Shown here in pieces: positions 8,536-18,021 of a stretch of DNA of 64,000 nt. The stretch lies in the NCBI GenBank assembly GCA_963782525.1, contig CAWAKC010000007.1:256001-320000 (forward strand), given 5' to 3'. The notes beneath the pieces were generated by a model. The model saw only the letters and a program-made list of their open reading frames with translations, had not been told where the DNA came from and did no database searches. Position 1 is the stretch's first letter. The number at the start of each line of letters is the position of its first letter. Both the position numbers and the translations under genes were made by a program. This DNA is from Candidatus Bathyarchaeota archaeon. Its GTDB lineage: Archaea > Thermoproteota > Bathyarchaeia > Bathyarchaeales > Bathycorpusculaceae.

Positions 8536-9351
8536 ATGCCGGACAATAAAACAGAAAAAACCCAAAACAACAAAAACCAAGACGAAGAAATCGGCGTTTA
8601 CAGCGACCTATTTTCTGCAAAAACTAACGTTGAGGGACAGGATGGCGGAGTGGTTTCATCGCTTTTGGTTAGGGGTTTTGAGGAAGGATTGTTTGATGCG
8701 GCTATTGTCGTTCGCCGAGGAGTTGGATATAGCGCGGAAGCAGTCGTAGCCACGAACGCAAATGAAGTCTTGGCGGCGAAGGGAACCAAATACCTCAAAG
8801 TTAATGTCACAAAAAAACTGCGAGAACTAATCAGCCAAGGAAAAAAACGAATTGCGATAGTTTGTACACCCTGCGAAGCCAAAGCAGCAAGAAAGATCCA
8901 GCAAACCCTCAAAAACGTTTGCGAAATCACGATTATCGGGTTATTCTGTTTTGAAGCCTTCAATAGCACAAAAATAAAAGAAGAAGCGAAAACGCGGCTG
9001 GGAGTTGATTTAGATAGAGCTCAAAAAACTCAGGTTAGACAAGGCAAGTTCACAGCGTTTGCTGAAGGAAAAGAGTACAGTTGCAGAGTAAAAGACTTGG
9101 ACTCGGCGGCGGAAAAGGTTTGCAGTTACTGCATTGATTTTACCGCTCAGTTTGCGGATATCTCAGTCGGTTCAGTGGGCAGCAAAAAAGGATACTCAAC
9201 CGTAATTGTACGGTCAAAGGCTGGAGAAAAACTGATAAAAACCCTAGAGACAACCAAAGAAGTTGCTGATAAGGAAGAAATCGCTAGATTATCCAAGTTT
9301 AAGCGGGAACGAGCTGAAAAAAGCTTAGCTACCTTAGACAAAGCGAAATAA
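8536..9351 (+). CDS. coenzyme F420 hydrogenase/dehydrogenase beta subunit (FrhB/FdhB) family protein
   Basis: GQDGGVVS, AKGTKY, VCTPCE, IGLFC, CSYCIDFTAQFADISVGSVGS..GYSTVIVRS. Confidence 0.9.
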   Translation: MPDNKTEKTQNNKNQDEEIGVYSDLFSAKTNVEGQDGGVVSSLLVRGFEEGLFDAAIVVRRGVGYSAEAVVATNANEVLAAKGTKYLKVNVTKKLRELISQGKKRIAIVCTPCEAKAARKIQQTLKNVCEITIIGLFCFEAFNSTKIKEEAKTRLGVDLDRAQKTQVRQGKFTAFAEGKEYSCRVKDLDSAAEKVCSYCIDFTAQFADISVGSVGSKKGYSTVIVRSKAGEKLIKTLETTKEVADKEEIARLSKFKRERAEKSLATLDKAK

Positions 9352-9467
9352 TGCTTGTTTTCCAGTATACTGCATCATAAACCGTTAAACTGAAAAGCTC
9401 AATCCTGCGCATGCAAAAGCCTTTTTAACCCAAACATCTTACCCCTTTAACCTGAGATGAAATCTCC

Positions 9468-10193
9468 ATGAAAATACTAAACGAGTTTGTGCCAACACGT
9501 AAATTCTTAAAGCTAGCAGATGAACTCAAAGACTTAGTTGATGGATGGAACGTAACTGACAGCGCAGCAGGTTTCCCAGCCGCAAGCGGCGTAGTCGTAA
9601 GCTGCTTACTCAAAAATAAGTACCCAGAAAAATATGTCTGCCCAATCTTCATTTTACACTACAAAGGACCAGTTGAAGTTGGAGGCTTAGCCTTAGCGTC
9701 CGACATAATCGGCCTAGACGGCTTAGCAGTCACAATGGGAGACAAACCCAAGTACGGCGAACCTATAACAATGCTGCCTAGCTCTGAGGCTGCAAGAGAC
9801 TTCATACGCAATACAGTTAAAACCAAGAACCTAAAACTCGGCTGCCTAGTAACAGCAAGACGCACCATAGAAGAAACACTTTGTCGTGTACGCGAGCCAT
9901 GGGACTTCGTATACTTCATGCGACTACAGGACTCATCGTTCGAAGCACTCAAAGCAGTATCCGCAGAATGCAAAAAACTCAACAAACCACTCTTCGCATA
10001 CTTCCTAGTTGGAACAGCCAAAAACGTTGAAACCGTCAAAATGATCGGCTGGCCAACGGCTGCAACAATGGAAACAGTTGAAGAGAAAGCATCACAACTT
10101 GTCGGGTTAGTCGACGGCATCATCGCAACATGTGCAGGTGACGCTGAAGGCGACAAACTGATGCTACAGAAACTGCAGAAGTTCAGAAGCTAA
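9468..10193 (+). CDS. divergent methylenetetrahydrofolate reductase (MetF)-like FAD-linked oxidoreductase
   Basis: E.VP...VDGWNVTD and GLDGLAVTMGDKPKYG resemble the MetF barrel motifs. Short (241 aa). Confidence 0.5.
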   Translation: MKILNEFVPTRKFLKLADELKDLVDGWNVTDSAAGFPAASGVVVSCLLKNKYPEKYVCPIFILHYKGPVEVGGLALASDIIGLDGLAVTMGDKPKYGEPITMLPSSEAARDFIRNTVKTKNLKLGCLVTARRTIEETLCRVREPWDFVYFMRLQDSSFEALKAVSAECKKLNKPLFAYFLVGTAKNVETVKMIGWPTAATMETVEEKASQLVGLVDGIIATCAGDAEGDKLMLQKLQKFRS

Positions 10194-10206
10194 ACGCCTA
10201 ATCATC

Positions 10207-10260
10207 GAGACCACTTTGGTCTCTCCCCAAATATTTAAAATCCAATCTTTTTAATTTTTT
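10207..10260 (+). terminator. hairpin GAGACCA-CTT-TGGTCTC followed by T-tracts
   Basis: Perfect 7-bp stem 14 nt after the stop of the MetF-like gene. Confidence 0.4.
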
Positions 10261-10332
10261 ATGTTTTTCAACTTTCCGAGATAAATTTAAGTTCTATCGC
10301 TTGATAAGCAACTCCAAGAAGAGGCAAAAAGT

Positions 10333-11091
10333 GTGAACCCTGTCCAAGTATTCGCTGTAGAAAATTTACCGCTAATAAAACAAGGAGACAACCTGGGCAA
10401 ACTTATCGTTGAAGCTGCTAAAAACCAGAGCAACCCAATCCAGCCAAATGATGTCGTCGTGGTTACGCATGTGGTTGTTTCGAAATCGGAAGGAAACGTA
10501 ATCAACCTAGACCAGGTTAAGCCCTCAGAAAAAGCCAAGGAAATAGCACAAAAAACCAACAAGGACCCCGCCTTAGTCGAGGTCATCCTGCAGGAAACAA
10601 AGGATATCGTGCGTGTCGGTCAGAACAGCATAATAACTGAAACCGTAAGCGGCATAATCTGTGCTAATGCCGGCGTTGACCGTTCCAACGTTTCAGGCGA
10701 CAGAAACGTTGTGCCTCTACCAAAGAACCCGAATGCCTCAGCAGAAGGCATCAGAAAAGTAATTAAACGCTTAACAGGCGTTAATGTTGCGGTTATTGTT
10801 TCCGACACACATGGCAGACCGTTTAGGCTAGGCGAAATTAATGTAGCAGTTGGCGTGGCTGGGTTCAAGCCGATAAGAGATAGGAGGGGCGAAAAAGACC
10901 TCTTTGGCTACACGCTGAGGATAAAGCAGACTGCCATCGCCGATGAGCTTGCTTCAGCTGCTGAACTTGTAATCGGGCAAGCCAACGAGGGCATCCCAGT
11001 TGCCATCATACGTGGATACAACTATCAAACCGACGAAAACGCGGGTGCCACTTCGCTAACCAGAGCTAAAGAGAGAGACCTCTTCAGGTAG
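10333..11091 (+). CDS. cofE: coenzyme F420-0:L-glutamate ligase
   Basis: LPLIKQGDNL, VVSKSEG, CANAGVDRSN, DTHGRPFRLG, ADELASAA..GQANEGIPVAIIRG. Confidence 0.95.
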   Translation: MNPVQVFAVENLPLIKQGDNLGKLIVEAAKNQSNPIQPNDVVVVTHVVVSKSEGNVINLDQVKPSEKAKEIAQKTNKDPALVEVILQETKDIVRVGQNSIITETVSGIICANAGVDRSNVSGDRNVVPLPKNPNASAEGIRKVIKRLTGVNVAVIVSDTHGRPFRLGEINVAVGVAGFKPIRDRRGEKDLFGYTLRIKQTAIADELASAAELVIGQANEGIPVAIIRGYNYQTDENAGATSLTRAKERDLFR

Positions 11092-11154
11092 ATAATTCCC
11101 AAACCTTCAATAACTCAACCGTGTAAAATAGCTGAAACCCAGCAGGCTGAAACA

Positions 11155-11484
11155 ATGGAAACAAACACACCCAAAGAATTCTTCGACACAACCCTACCGG
11201 CGAGGTTTAAACCTGAAAAAGCCAAAGGTATCGACGTCACCGCACAAATAAACATAACTGGGATTGAAGGCGGCAACTGGACAGTCACTATTAAAGACCA
11301 AAAACTTTTGGTAGAAGAAGGAACTCATGCATCTCCGAGTTTAACTTTGAAGATGAACGAAAACGATTTTTTAGACTTGGTTAATGGAAAGTTAAGTGCT
11401 GAAAAAGCCTTCTTTACAGGCAGAGTACATTTCAAGGGCGACATAGGCTTAGCACTCAAACTGCGGGATGCCGGCTTCTTATAA
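11155..11484 (+). CDS. SCP2 sterol/lipid-binding domain protein
   Basis: RFKPEKAKG...GGNWTVTI...AEKAFFTGRVHFKGD is the typical SCP2 pattern. Confidence 0.85.
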   Translation: METNTPKEFFDTTLPARFKPEKAKGIDVTAQINITGIEGGNWTVTIKDQKLLVEEGTHASPSLTLKMNENDFLDLVNGKLSAEKAFFTGRVHFKGDIGLALKLRDAGFL

Positions 11485-12022
11485 ACCGAGTTTTTTAACC
11501 ACTTCAACGGGCAAGTCTTCTTCTCCTACTTTGAAAGTTTGGGGCTCATCAATTTTCATAAGCTCAAGAAGCTCAACTGCAGAGAGCTCTCCGATGAGGC
11601 GCATTATTTCTTTTTTGGCTACCGCTGTAGTGTTCTTTGAAAGCATATTTATTCTTGTACAACTCGCCCGCATAGGCGCAGATTTCGGATTTCTTCAAGA
11701 AATATTGGACTTTTTTTGTTTTGAAGTTTACGTCGAAGGTTATTGGTCCTGCGCGACAAGTTTCAGGCTTAACCTGATGCACGAAGCACCGTTTGGTTTC
11801 TTTGCTGTTGAAAACGCAGAGAACCTGTTCATCCACTGAAGGGTAGGAATAACTCTCTTTTGTGAATGGTTTATCAACTTTGATTTTTTGCTTGTTGAGG
11901 TATTCTTTTATGATTTTTTTTCGGCTCTCGCTTAACGGTGGTTTTGCGTCTTGGCAGCAAATAATCTTGCATTCACTGCACACATCATATGAGTAGGTGG
12001 TTCCTTTGTTGTCTTCAGGCAC
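11479..12022 (-). pseudogene. YkgJ/CxxCxxCC cysteine-cluster protein, frameshifted near 11627
   Basis: CSECKIICC...CVF...CFVH..KPETCRAGP. The natural C-terminus (AVAKKEIMRLI...DEPQTFKVGEEDLP) is in another frame after one extra base. Confidence 0.7.
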
Positions 12023-12038
12023 AGTGATTCACCTGTTT

Positions 12039-13304
12039 TTAGAGGTAGGGTTGATTATCGGCTAGGCTCTTAATAAGAGTTGAATATACATCGACGATTG
12101 CCTCATGGAAATCTGTTTTTTCTGCGCGTCTTTGAACGTTTGCGCGTATGCGTTCTGAGAGGCAGCCTTCGTCTATGCGCTTCTTTTCAAGCCAGAGGTA
12201 TTTTTTCTCGTCTTCATCTGCATGTTCCTGAGCTAATTTAAAGTAGTGTTGGCATACCTGCCGAGCCGTTTTGCCATGGGGGCTATAGACGGCTGCGTTT
12301 AACCCATTCACAATGATTGCGTTGAAGTCCTTGACTAAAAGCTCATGGGGCAAAAGAGCGATGCTTGAAGCGATCATACCTCTAAGAGCAGCACGCACAA
12401 AACAGGCAAGCGCCACATCCGACTTGACGCATTCCTGCTCATCCATAACCCGCACTTCTAGGGCACAACGGTCAAAACGGAAAATCACACCTCTCGAATT
12501 CACCCATTCCCGATTCAGCAATGTTTTGTCTGCTCCCGCACTCTCTAAATCTTGTGAATACCTTCCAATAACATTCTGCGTGTATTGGCTTAGCGACGTT
12601 GCATACTCAGGGATTACATCTCCAGTTATTGAGGGCACTTCCTTTTGGTTAGCCTTATAGAATTGAAGCCTATTGTCAACATCCGGACCTTCTTTGCCTT
12701 CAAAAATTGGGGACGAAGCTGCGATTGCGGGCAGGTAGGTGCAGAGGTTGACAAGTTGGTTGTGGGTTTGGATGGCGTCGGGTTCTTTTTGGTAGGGCAG
12801 ATTGAGATGGAAGCTTTGGATGTTTAGCCATCCATGCTGGTTTAGGTTGAAGATTTTGCCGTATTGCTGGTAGATTCTTTTGTGGTAATGGGGCCACACT
12901 TTGGTGTCTTGCAATTTGAGGAAAGGATGCATACCTGTTCCGAGTAGGCGGGCGCCGTGTTTGTGAACAATTTGGTTTAACGTTGTGACGGCGGTTTGCA
13001 TGGTTTCCTCGAATTCAACGGGCGACTTGAAGGGCTGGTTGGCTTTGATTTCCATAACATGCAGTTGCAGTTCTTTGCCGAACGTAAACTTGGGCATTTC
13101 AATGAAATTTATGATTTTTCCACAGGTTGCTTTGATGATTTTGTCGCTGATTGGCAAAACTTGGAGGTCTTGACCAACCAATGAGTATTCATGCTCTGGA
13201 CCGAGAACTTCTAACGGTTTATACGTTGTTTTTGCCCCTTTTTTTCGTTTAGCGTTAACTTGGAATGCTCTTATAGGTATAGTTAATTTTAAATATAACT
13301 GCAC
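12039..13304 (-). CDS. glutamate--cysteine ligase family 2 (GCS2/YbdK-like carboxylate-amine ligase)
   Basis: LGPEHEY, ELQLHVMEI, LLGTGMHPF, SFHLNLP, AASSP, NSRGVIFRFDR.ALEVRVMD. The true start is probably downstream of 13304. Confidence 0.9.
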   Translation of the reverse strand: MQLYLKLTIPIRAFQVNAKRKKGAKTTYKPLEVLGPEHEYSLVGQDLQVLPISDKIIKATCGKIINFIEMPKFTFGKELQLHVMEIKANQPFKSPVEFEETMQTAVTTLNQIVHKHGARLLGTGMHPFLKLQDTKVWPHYHKRIYQQYGKIFNLNQHGWLNIQSFHLNLPYQKEPDAIQTHNQLVNLCTYLPAIAASSPIFEGKEGPDVDNRLQFYKANQKEVPSITGDVIPEYATSLSQYTQNVIGRYSQDLESAGADKTLLNREWVNSRGVIFRFDRCALEVRVMDEQECVKSDVALACFVRAALRGMIASSIALLPHELLVKDFNAIIVNGLNAAVYSPHGKTARQVCQHYFKLAQEHADEDEKKYLWLEKKRIDEGCLSERIRANVQRRAEKTDFHEAIVDVYSTLIKSLADNQPYL

Positions 13305-13327
13305 GAATAACGCCTTCTAATTACCTG

Positions 13328-14035
13328 GTGTCAAATGAAGTGTTGGTCGTCTCTAACATCGACCTTAAAGATGATTTACAGACGTTAAAACCGTCACAGT
13401 TTCTTGAATCATCGATTAAAGACACCACTATCAACATAAATTATGAGTACCGCTACCTCAAGACTGGCTACTATGTGTCTTTGCACGCGGAAGTTTTGGG
13501 AAACAACGTTATTCCCTCATGCGAGAACATAATCGACTCAAGCAGAACCCCAATTCTACTTTTGCGCGCGACAAGAGCAAAAATTCCCACCGCACCATTC
13601 CTCGTTACCGATTCGGTTACGAAAATAATGGCTGAGCTCAAGCTGCCCGTCGTAGTTTTTGCGGTTAACCCCTTCATCTACGAAGGCTACCAAGTAGCAA
13701 AAAACAAGAGCGCCTTGTACCGAGCCATGAAAAGTTTAGGAATGAACTACAAATTCACCGTTTGTGCACAGCCGCTGATGGGTGAAATGTTCACGGTCAA
13801 ATCTTTCTTGGGAAAAAGCCAAATTGAAGATGAACAAATTAGCGCTATCACGGAAAAGGTTTATGAACTCTTCAAGATTCCAATCTGCAAAGTACACGTT
13901 CAGAAAGCAGAGGGAAAAGCTTTCCTGTGTGGTCTTGAACCTTTGAAAGAAAAAGAACTGTCTAAAAAGGATAGGGAGTTAATCTCGAAGGAGATTATGC
14001 TGATTTCTCAGCAGGGTGAACACATCGGTGTCTAA
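13328..14035 (+). CDS. RimK-like ATP-grasp N-terminal (RLAN) domain protein
   Basis: ININYEYRYLKTGYYVSLHAEVLGNNVIPS is the RLAN signature. Confidence 0.8.
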   Translation: MSNEVLVVSNIDLKDDLQTLKPSQFLESSIKDTTININYEYRYLKTGYYVSLHAEVLGNNVIPSCENIIDSSRTPILLLRATRAKIPTAPFLVTDSVTKIMAELKLPVVVFAVNPFIYEGYQVAKNKSALYRAMKSLGMNYKFTVCAQPLMGEMFTVKSFLGKSQIEDEQISAITEKVYELFKIPICKVHVQKAEGKAFLCGLEPLKEKELSKKDRELISKEIMLISQQGEHIGV

Positions 14036-14906
14036 GATCGCTTGCTTTGTCGAGAAATATAATTTTACTGACCCCCGAGAGGAAGGCGCCCTTCAAAACT
14101 TCAAGCGTGCAGCCGAAGGGTCGGGGCACGAGTTTAGTTTTCTTTTCCGAGAAAACATCGAAGACATACCCAACTACGACGCCGTTTTCATCAGAGCAAC
14201 AACTGACCCGTTGTTCACCTCGTATATTGTCTCTAAAACGGCTTGGGAACTGGGCTTAAAAGTCGTCGACGACCCTGAATCCATCAAAATCTGCGGCAAC
14301 AAAATCCACCAATACGCCTTATTCGAAAAGTATAATGTCCCACGCATTCCCACAGTTTTCCTAAACAAAGATGAGCTGCACCACAAAAAAATCACCGAAA
14401 TCTTCGACGAACTCGGCAAACCCGTCGTCATTAAAGCGCCTTACACGAGTTTTTCGCGATACGTTGAGAAGGCCGCTTGCGAAACAAGCTTTCGAGAAGT
14501 TGCCAAACGATTCTTCAAAAAATCCGATGTCCTCGCCATCCAAAAGTTTACCCCAACGGGATTCGACTGGAGAGTCGGCGTACTAAACAATGATATCCTA
14601 TACGTTTGTAAGTACATGATTCCCAAGGGCAAATGGAAACATGGCGCCAAACTCCGCGGCAAACCAACGGTGATCTGGGGCAGAACCGTCAGCTCTGAAA
14701 AAAGGGATATGCCTGCGCGGCTTCGAGAAGTTGCGCTCAAAGCCTGTAGCGTGGCGGGTAAAGGACTCTACGGCGTGGACATCAAAGAAGTCAACGGCGA
14801 CTATGTGGTCGTGGAAATCAACGATAACCCAAGCATCTACGCAGGCTACGAAGACTCAATGGATAAAGATATCTACCAACGTATCATCAACTACCTCTCC
14901 GAGTAG
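14016..14906 (+). CDS. RimK-family ATP-grasp ligase
   Basis: DAVFIRAT, VVDDP, CGNK, PVVIKAP.TSFS, FDWRVGV, GLYGVDIK, VEINDNPSI. Start may be GTG 14028. Confidence 0.9.
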   Translation: MNTSVSKIACFVEKYNFTDPREEGALQNFKRAAEGSGHEFSFLFRENIEDIPNYDAVFIRATTDPLFTSYIVSKTAWELGLKVVDDPESIKICGNKIHQYALFEKYNVPRIPTVFLNKDELHHKKITEIFDELGKPVVIKAPYTSFSRYVEKAACETSFREVAKRFFKKSDVLAIQKFTPTGFDWRVGVLNNDILYVCKYMIPKGKWKHGAKLRGKPTVIWGRTVSSEKRDMPARLREVALKACSVAGKGLYGVDIKEVNGDYVVVEINDNPSIYAGYEDSMDKDIYQRIINYLSE

Positions 14907-14972
14907 TGCGGCGTTTTCGACACCTATTTATTAGAACAAACATTTATCCCATGTACACAGGAGACATTTCGC

Positions 14973-15932
14973 TTGCCCAAAGAATCACCTAAAATCGCCG
15001 TGAAAGATTACGAACTTACGGAGAAAATGTCGGTTGACGAGCTTGTTGACCAGATGGATGCTGCGTGGGGGTTCACCGCGGGCAAGCTTGCCACAGGTGT
15101 TAGCATTATGGAATCGATGATTAACGCCAAGGGCTGCGTCAAATTCCTCTCTTTCCCCGCCGACATCGTTGCCACTGGCACACGAGGCGTCGTCCGCGAA
15201 CTGGTTAAACGCAAACTCGTCGACGTCCTAATCACTACATGTGGAACCCTTGACCACGATGTGGCACGCTGCTGGAAAGACTACTACAAAGGCAGCTTCA
15301 TTATGAACGACAGCAAACTCCACCAAGAAGGCCTAAACCGCCTCGGCAACGTCCTAGTTCCAAACGACAGCTACGGTATAATAATCGAGAAAAAAATCCT
15401 TCCAATGCTCGAAACCCTGTACAAAGAAGGCAAAAAAGAACTCTCCACCACCGAACTCTGCCGAGAAATCGGACTACGATGCTGCAACGAGTCTTCAATT
15501 CTGTATTGGGCAGCCAAAAACAACATCCCAGTCTTCATCCCAGGCATAACAGACGGTTCTGTCGGCTACCAACTCTGGTTCTTCAGTCAAGACCACAAAG
15601 ACTTCAGAATCAACCTGTTGAAGGATGAAGGAGACCTAAACAACATCGTCTTCGACGCCAAAAAATCAGGTGCCCTCATAGTAGGCGGCGGTATATCTAA
15701 ACACCACACGATTTGGTGGAACCAATTCAAAGACGGCTTAGACTACGTCGTATACATCTCAACGGCAGACGAATGGGATGGTAGCCTCAGCGGCGCACGC
15801 CCAAGAGAAGCAGTTTCATGGGGAAAAATCAGCGAAAAAGCCAAACGCATCATGATAGAAGGCGACGCAACAGTAATAATGCCCATAATGGCAAGCTCGC
15901 TTCTGACTCGTTTGAACAATAAGAAAAAATAA
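14973..15932 (+). CDS. dys: deoxyhypusine synthase (archaeal type)
   Basis: GFTAG, TTCGTLDHD, NRLGNVLVPN, GGGISKHH, DGSLSGA..EAVSWGKI with the catalytic Lys. Confidence 0.92.
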   Translation: MPKESPKIAVKDYELTEKMSVDELVDQMDAAWGFTAGKLATGVSIMESMINAKGCVKFLSFPADIVATGTRGVVRELVKRKLVDVLITTCGTLDHDVARCWKDYYKGSFIMNDSKLHQEGLNRLGNVLVPNDSYGIIIEKKILPMLETLYKEGKKELSTTELCREIGLRCCNESSILYWAAKNNIPVFIPGITDGSVGYQLWFFSQDHKDFRINLLKDEGDLNNIVFDAKKSGALIVGGGISKHHTIWWNQFKDGLDYVVYISTADEWDGSLSGARPREAVSWGKISEKAKRIMIEGDATVIMPIMASSLLTRLNNKKK

Positions 15933-15952
15933 AAAAACTAAAAATTGGGCGT

Positions 15953-17023
15953 CTATTGCACGCCTTTGAATAGCCAGCTCATGTCTGGTCCTTTCCGCTT
16001 TTCTGGTACCCTTTCAGCGAGTGCATGGCATATGAGTGGCAACGCAATCGTCGCGTCGCAGTAGCAAACTGCTCTGGTTCCGGTTTGGCTGTTGATTTTG
16101 CCCCAGCTGATTGCCTCTTCGAGAGTGCAACCGCTTAAGCCGCCCCATTGTGGACTGTCAGTGGTGATTTGAATGGCATATTTGTGGGGGTAGTAATATT
16201 CTTGTAGAGATTTACGTAAACCACCTTTTCTGCCTTTGACGCCTTTGTCTTCAGTCATTGGAGAAACGGAGATGGCTATGAGTTGGGTGAGGTCTTTTGG
16301 GACGCCACCGCCTATGTAGACGACGCCGACTTCCTTGGTTTTTGTGCCGATGCTAACAAACTGATCAAATTCTTTGACCGAGTCGATGTGGACGTTGTGT
16401 CCCTGGTTTTTGGCTAAGAGGAAAGTTTCACCGTAGGCGCTGTCAACCATGGCTGGACTAAAGATTGGAACGCCATTGGCTGCGGCAACTGCGGAGATGG
16501 CGGGAATTTTTTTCTTGCCCAAATATTTGCCTAAGAGGTAGAGGAATTCTGCTGAGGTGTAATTGTAGTCTTGTTTGCAGGTCATAACGAAGTCTGTGAC
16601 AAGGGTTTCCATTTCGCGGTAATCGGTTTCTTTTCCGTAGACATCGTAGTATCGGTTGACGTCATCGTGGAGCAATTGCTCATCGTTTACCATATGGTTG
16701 CCTTGATAGTAGCCCAAACCCATAGCGTCAACGATGTCTTCGCTAACGTTTGCGCCCGTGGAAACGAGCACATCAATAAAACGGTTTTCCATAAGCCAAT
16801 TAACAATCGTCCATTGACCAGCTGTACTCATGGAACCTGCAAACCCCATGGCGATCACAGTGTCTTTTGAATTAATCATGTTTTCCCAGACGTCAACTGC
16901 TTCGCCAAGTTTGCGTCCTTGATAGGCGGTTTTGCCCATTTCTTTTAAAAGTTGCGAGATTGGTTTTTGTTTAGTAACTTTGATTGGTTCAAGTTTCTTA
17001 CTGAAATATGAATCATTACTCAT
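15953..17023 (-). CDS. deoxyhypusine synthase-like paralogue (SpeY/homospermidine-forming type)
   Basis: AYQGRKLG, VSTGANV, NRYYD, GGGVPKD, YAIQITTDSPQWGGLSGCTLEEAISWGKI, CDATIALP. Confidence 0.85.
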   Translation of the reverse strand: MSNDSYFSKKLEPIKVTKQKPISQLLKEMGKTAYQGRKLGEAVDVWENMINSKDTVIAMGFAGSMSTAGQWTIVNWLMENRFIDVLVSTGANVSEDIVDAMGLGYYQGNHMVNDEQLLHDDVNRYYDVYGKETDYREMETLVTDFVMTCKQDYNYTSAEFLYLLGKYLGKKKIPAISAVAAANGVPIFSPAMVDSAYGETFLLAKNQGHNVHIDSVKEFDQFVSIGTKTKEVGVVYIGGGVPKDLTQLIAISVSPMTEDKGVKGRKGGLRKSLQEYYYPHKYAIQITTDSPQWGGLSGCTLEEAISWGKINSQTGTRAVCYCDATIALPLICHALAERVPEKRKGPDMSWLFKGVQ

Positions 17024-17109
17024 TAGGATGCACCGCGTTCTACATTATTAGGGTTGTATATGAAATTTGTTATTATATGCAAAGCTTACATGTATGGGAT
17101 AAATGGGTA

Positions 17110-17799
17110 TTAGCTCTTAATTTTTAGCCAAACGCTTCTTTTAACAAAAATAAACGAAGTAACACCTGTAATAAAAGCTGAGGCAGTAACGATGAGGTTG
17201 GCAGTAGTGGCGGATGCTGGGTTAAAAAACATGGCTAAAGAGATTGCAACAAAAATGTAAAAGGTGATTGCTCCAGTTATTATATGGACAACGGAGACGA
17301 GTTTTCCGCCCTGCCCAACCTTCTCCTTAAGCCAGTTTAAGGAAGACTCAACTTTTCCATGAACATCCGGCAGGTCATCTAAAACCAAAGCCAATCCACC
17401 AAGCAAGAGAACCCTACCAGCATTTACGTCTATACGTGTACTATTTACGAAAAAGATGTTTGGCAGATAAACAGGTGTAAAGAAAACAATGTAGAGGGAG
17501 GAAAAAATCAAAACCAGAAAACCGTAAAAATAATGGTGAAAAAACAACCTGCCCGTATGCAGGGAACGGCCAAGTCCAGCGCTTGGAAAAATGTTAATCA
17601 CCGCTGTTGCAATTAGCACCCAAAAAAAGGCGGCGCTGAAAAGGTAGGGTGCAAACGGCTGCCAATTGTGGTATCGCCAGTAGAAGCCAGATAAGATTCC
17701 TGCCGCGCAGCCTATTGAGACGAGGGCATTGAAGACTAGGGTTACGCTGAATATTTTTTTGCATATGACCCAACAATGCGCAACTTTTGGATTCGTCAT
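17110..17799 (-). CDS. hypothetical multi-pass membrane protein
   Basis: About 6 hydrophobic segments, plus HTGRLFFHHY and LDDLPD motifs. Confidence 0.75.
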   Translation of the reverse strand: MTNPKVAHCWVICKKIFSVTLVFNALVSIGCAAGILSGFYWRYHNWQPFAPYLFSAAFFWVLIATAVINIFPSAGLGRSLHTGRLFFHHYFYGFLVLIFSSLYIVFFTPVYLPNIFFVNSTRIDVNAGRVLLLGGLALVLDDLPDVHGKVESSLNWLKEKVGQGGKLVSVVHIITGAITFYIFVAISLAMFFNPASATTANLIVTASAFITGVTSFIFVKRSVWLKIKS

Positions 17800-18021
17800 C
17801 GAAACTATTCCCTCTGCCCCTTGTGAAGAAATTACAATTTAATGAATCTGAGTTGTTTTTGAAGGTTACGGCAAAAAGGGATTAAACAAGTGACTAAGCC
17901 ATGTTGCTTTAACTTAGATTGCATAGTTCTAAACACCATAAGGGGTAGATTTCTTCAGAAAACATGAAAAGCATAACTTAAAAAGTAACACGCCATAACA
18001 GATGAAGCTTGGTGTCACCCC

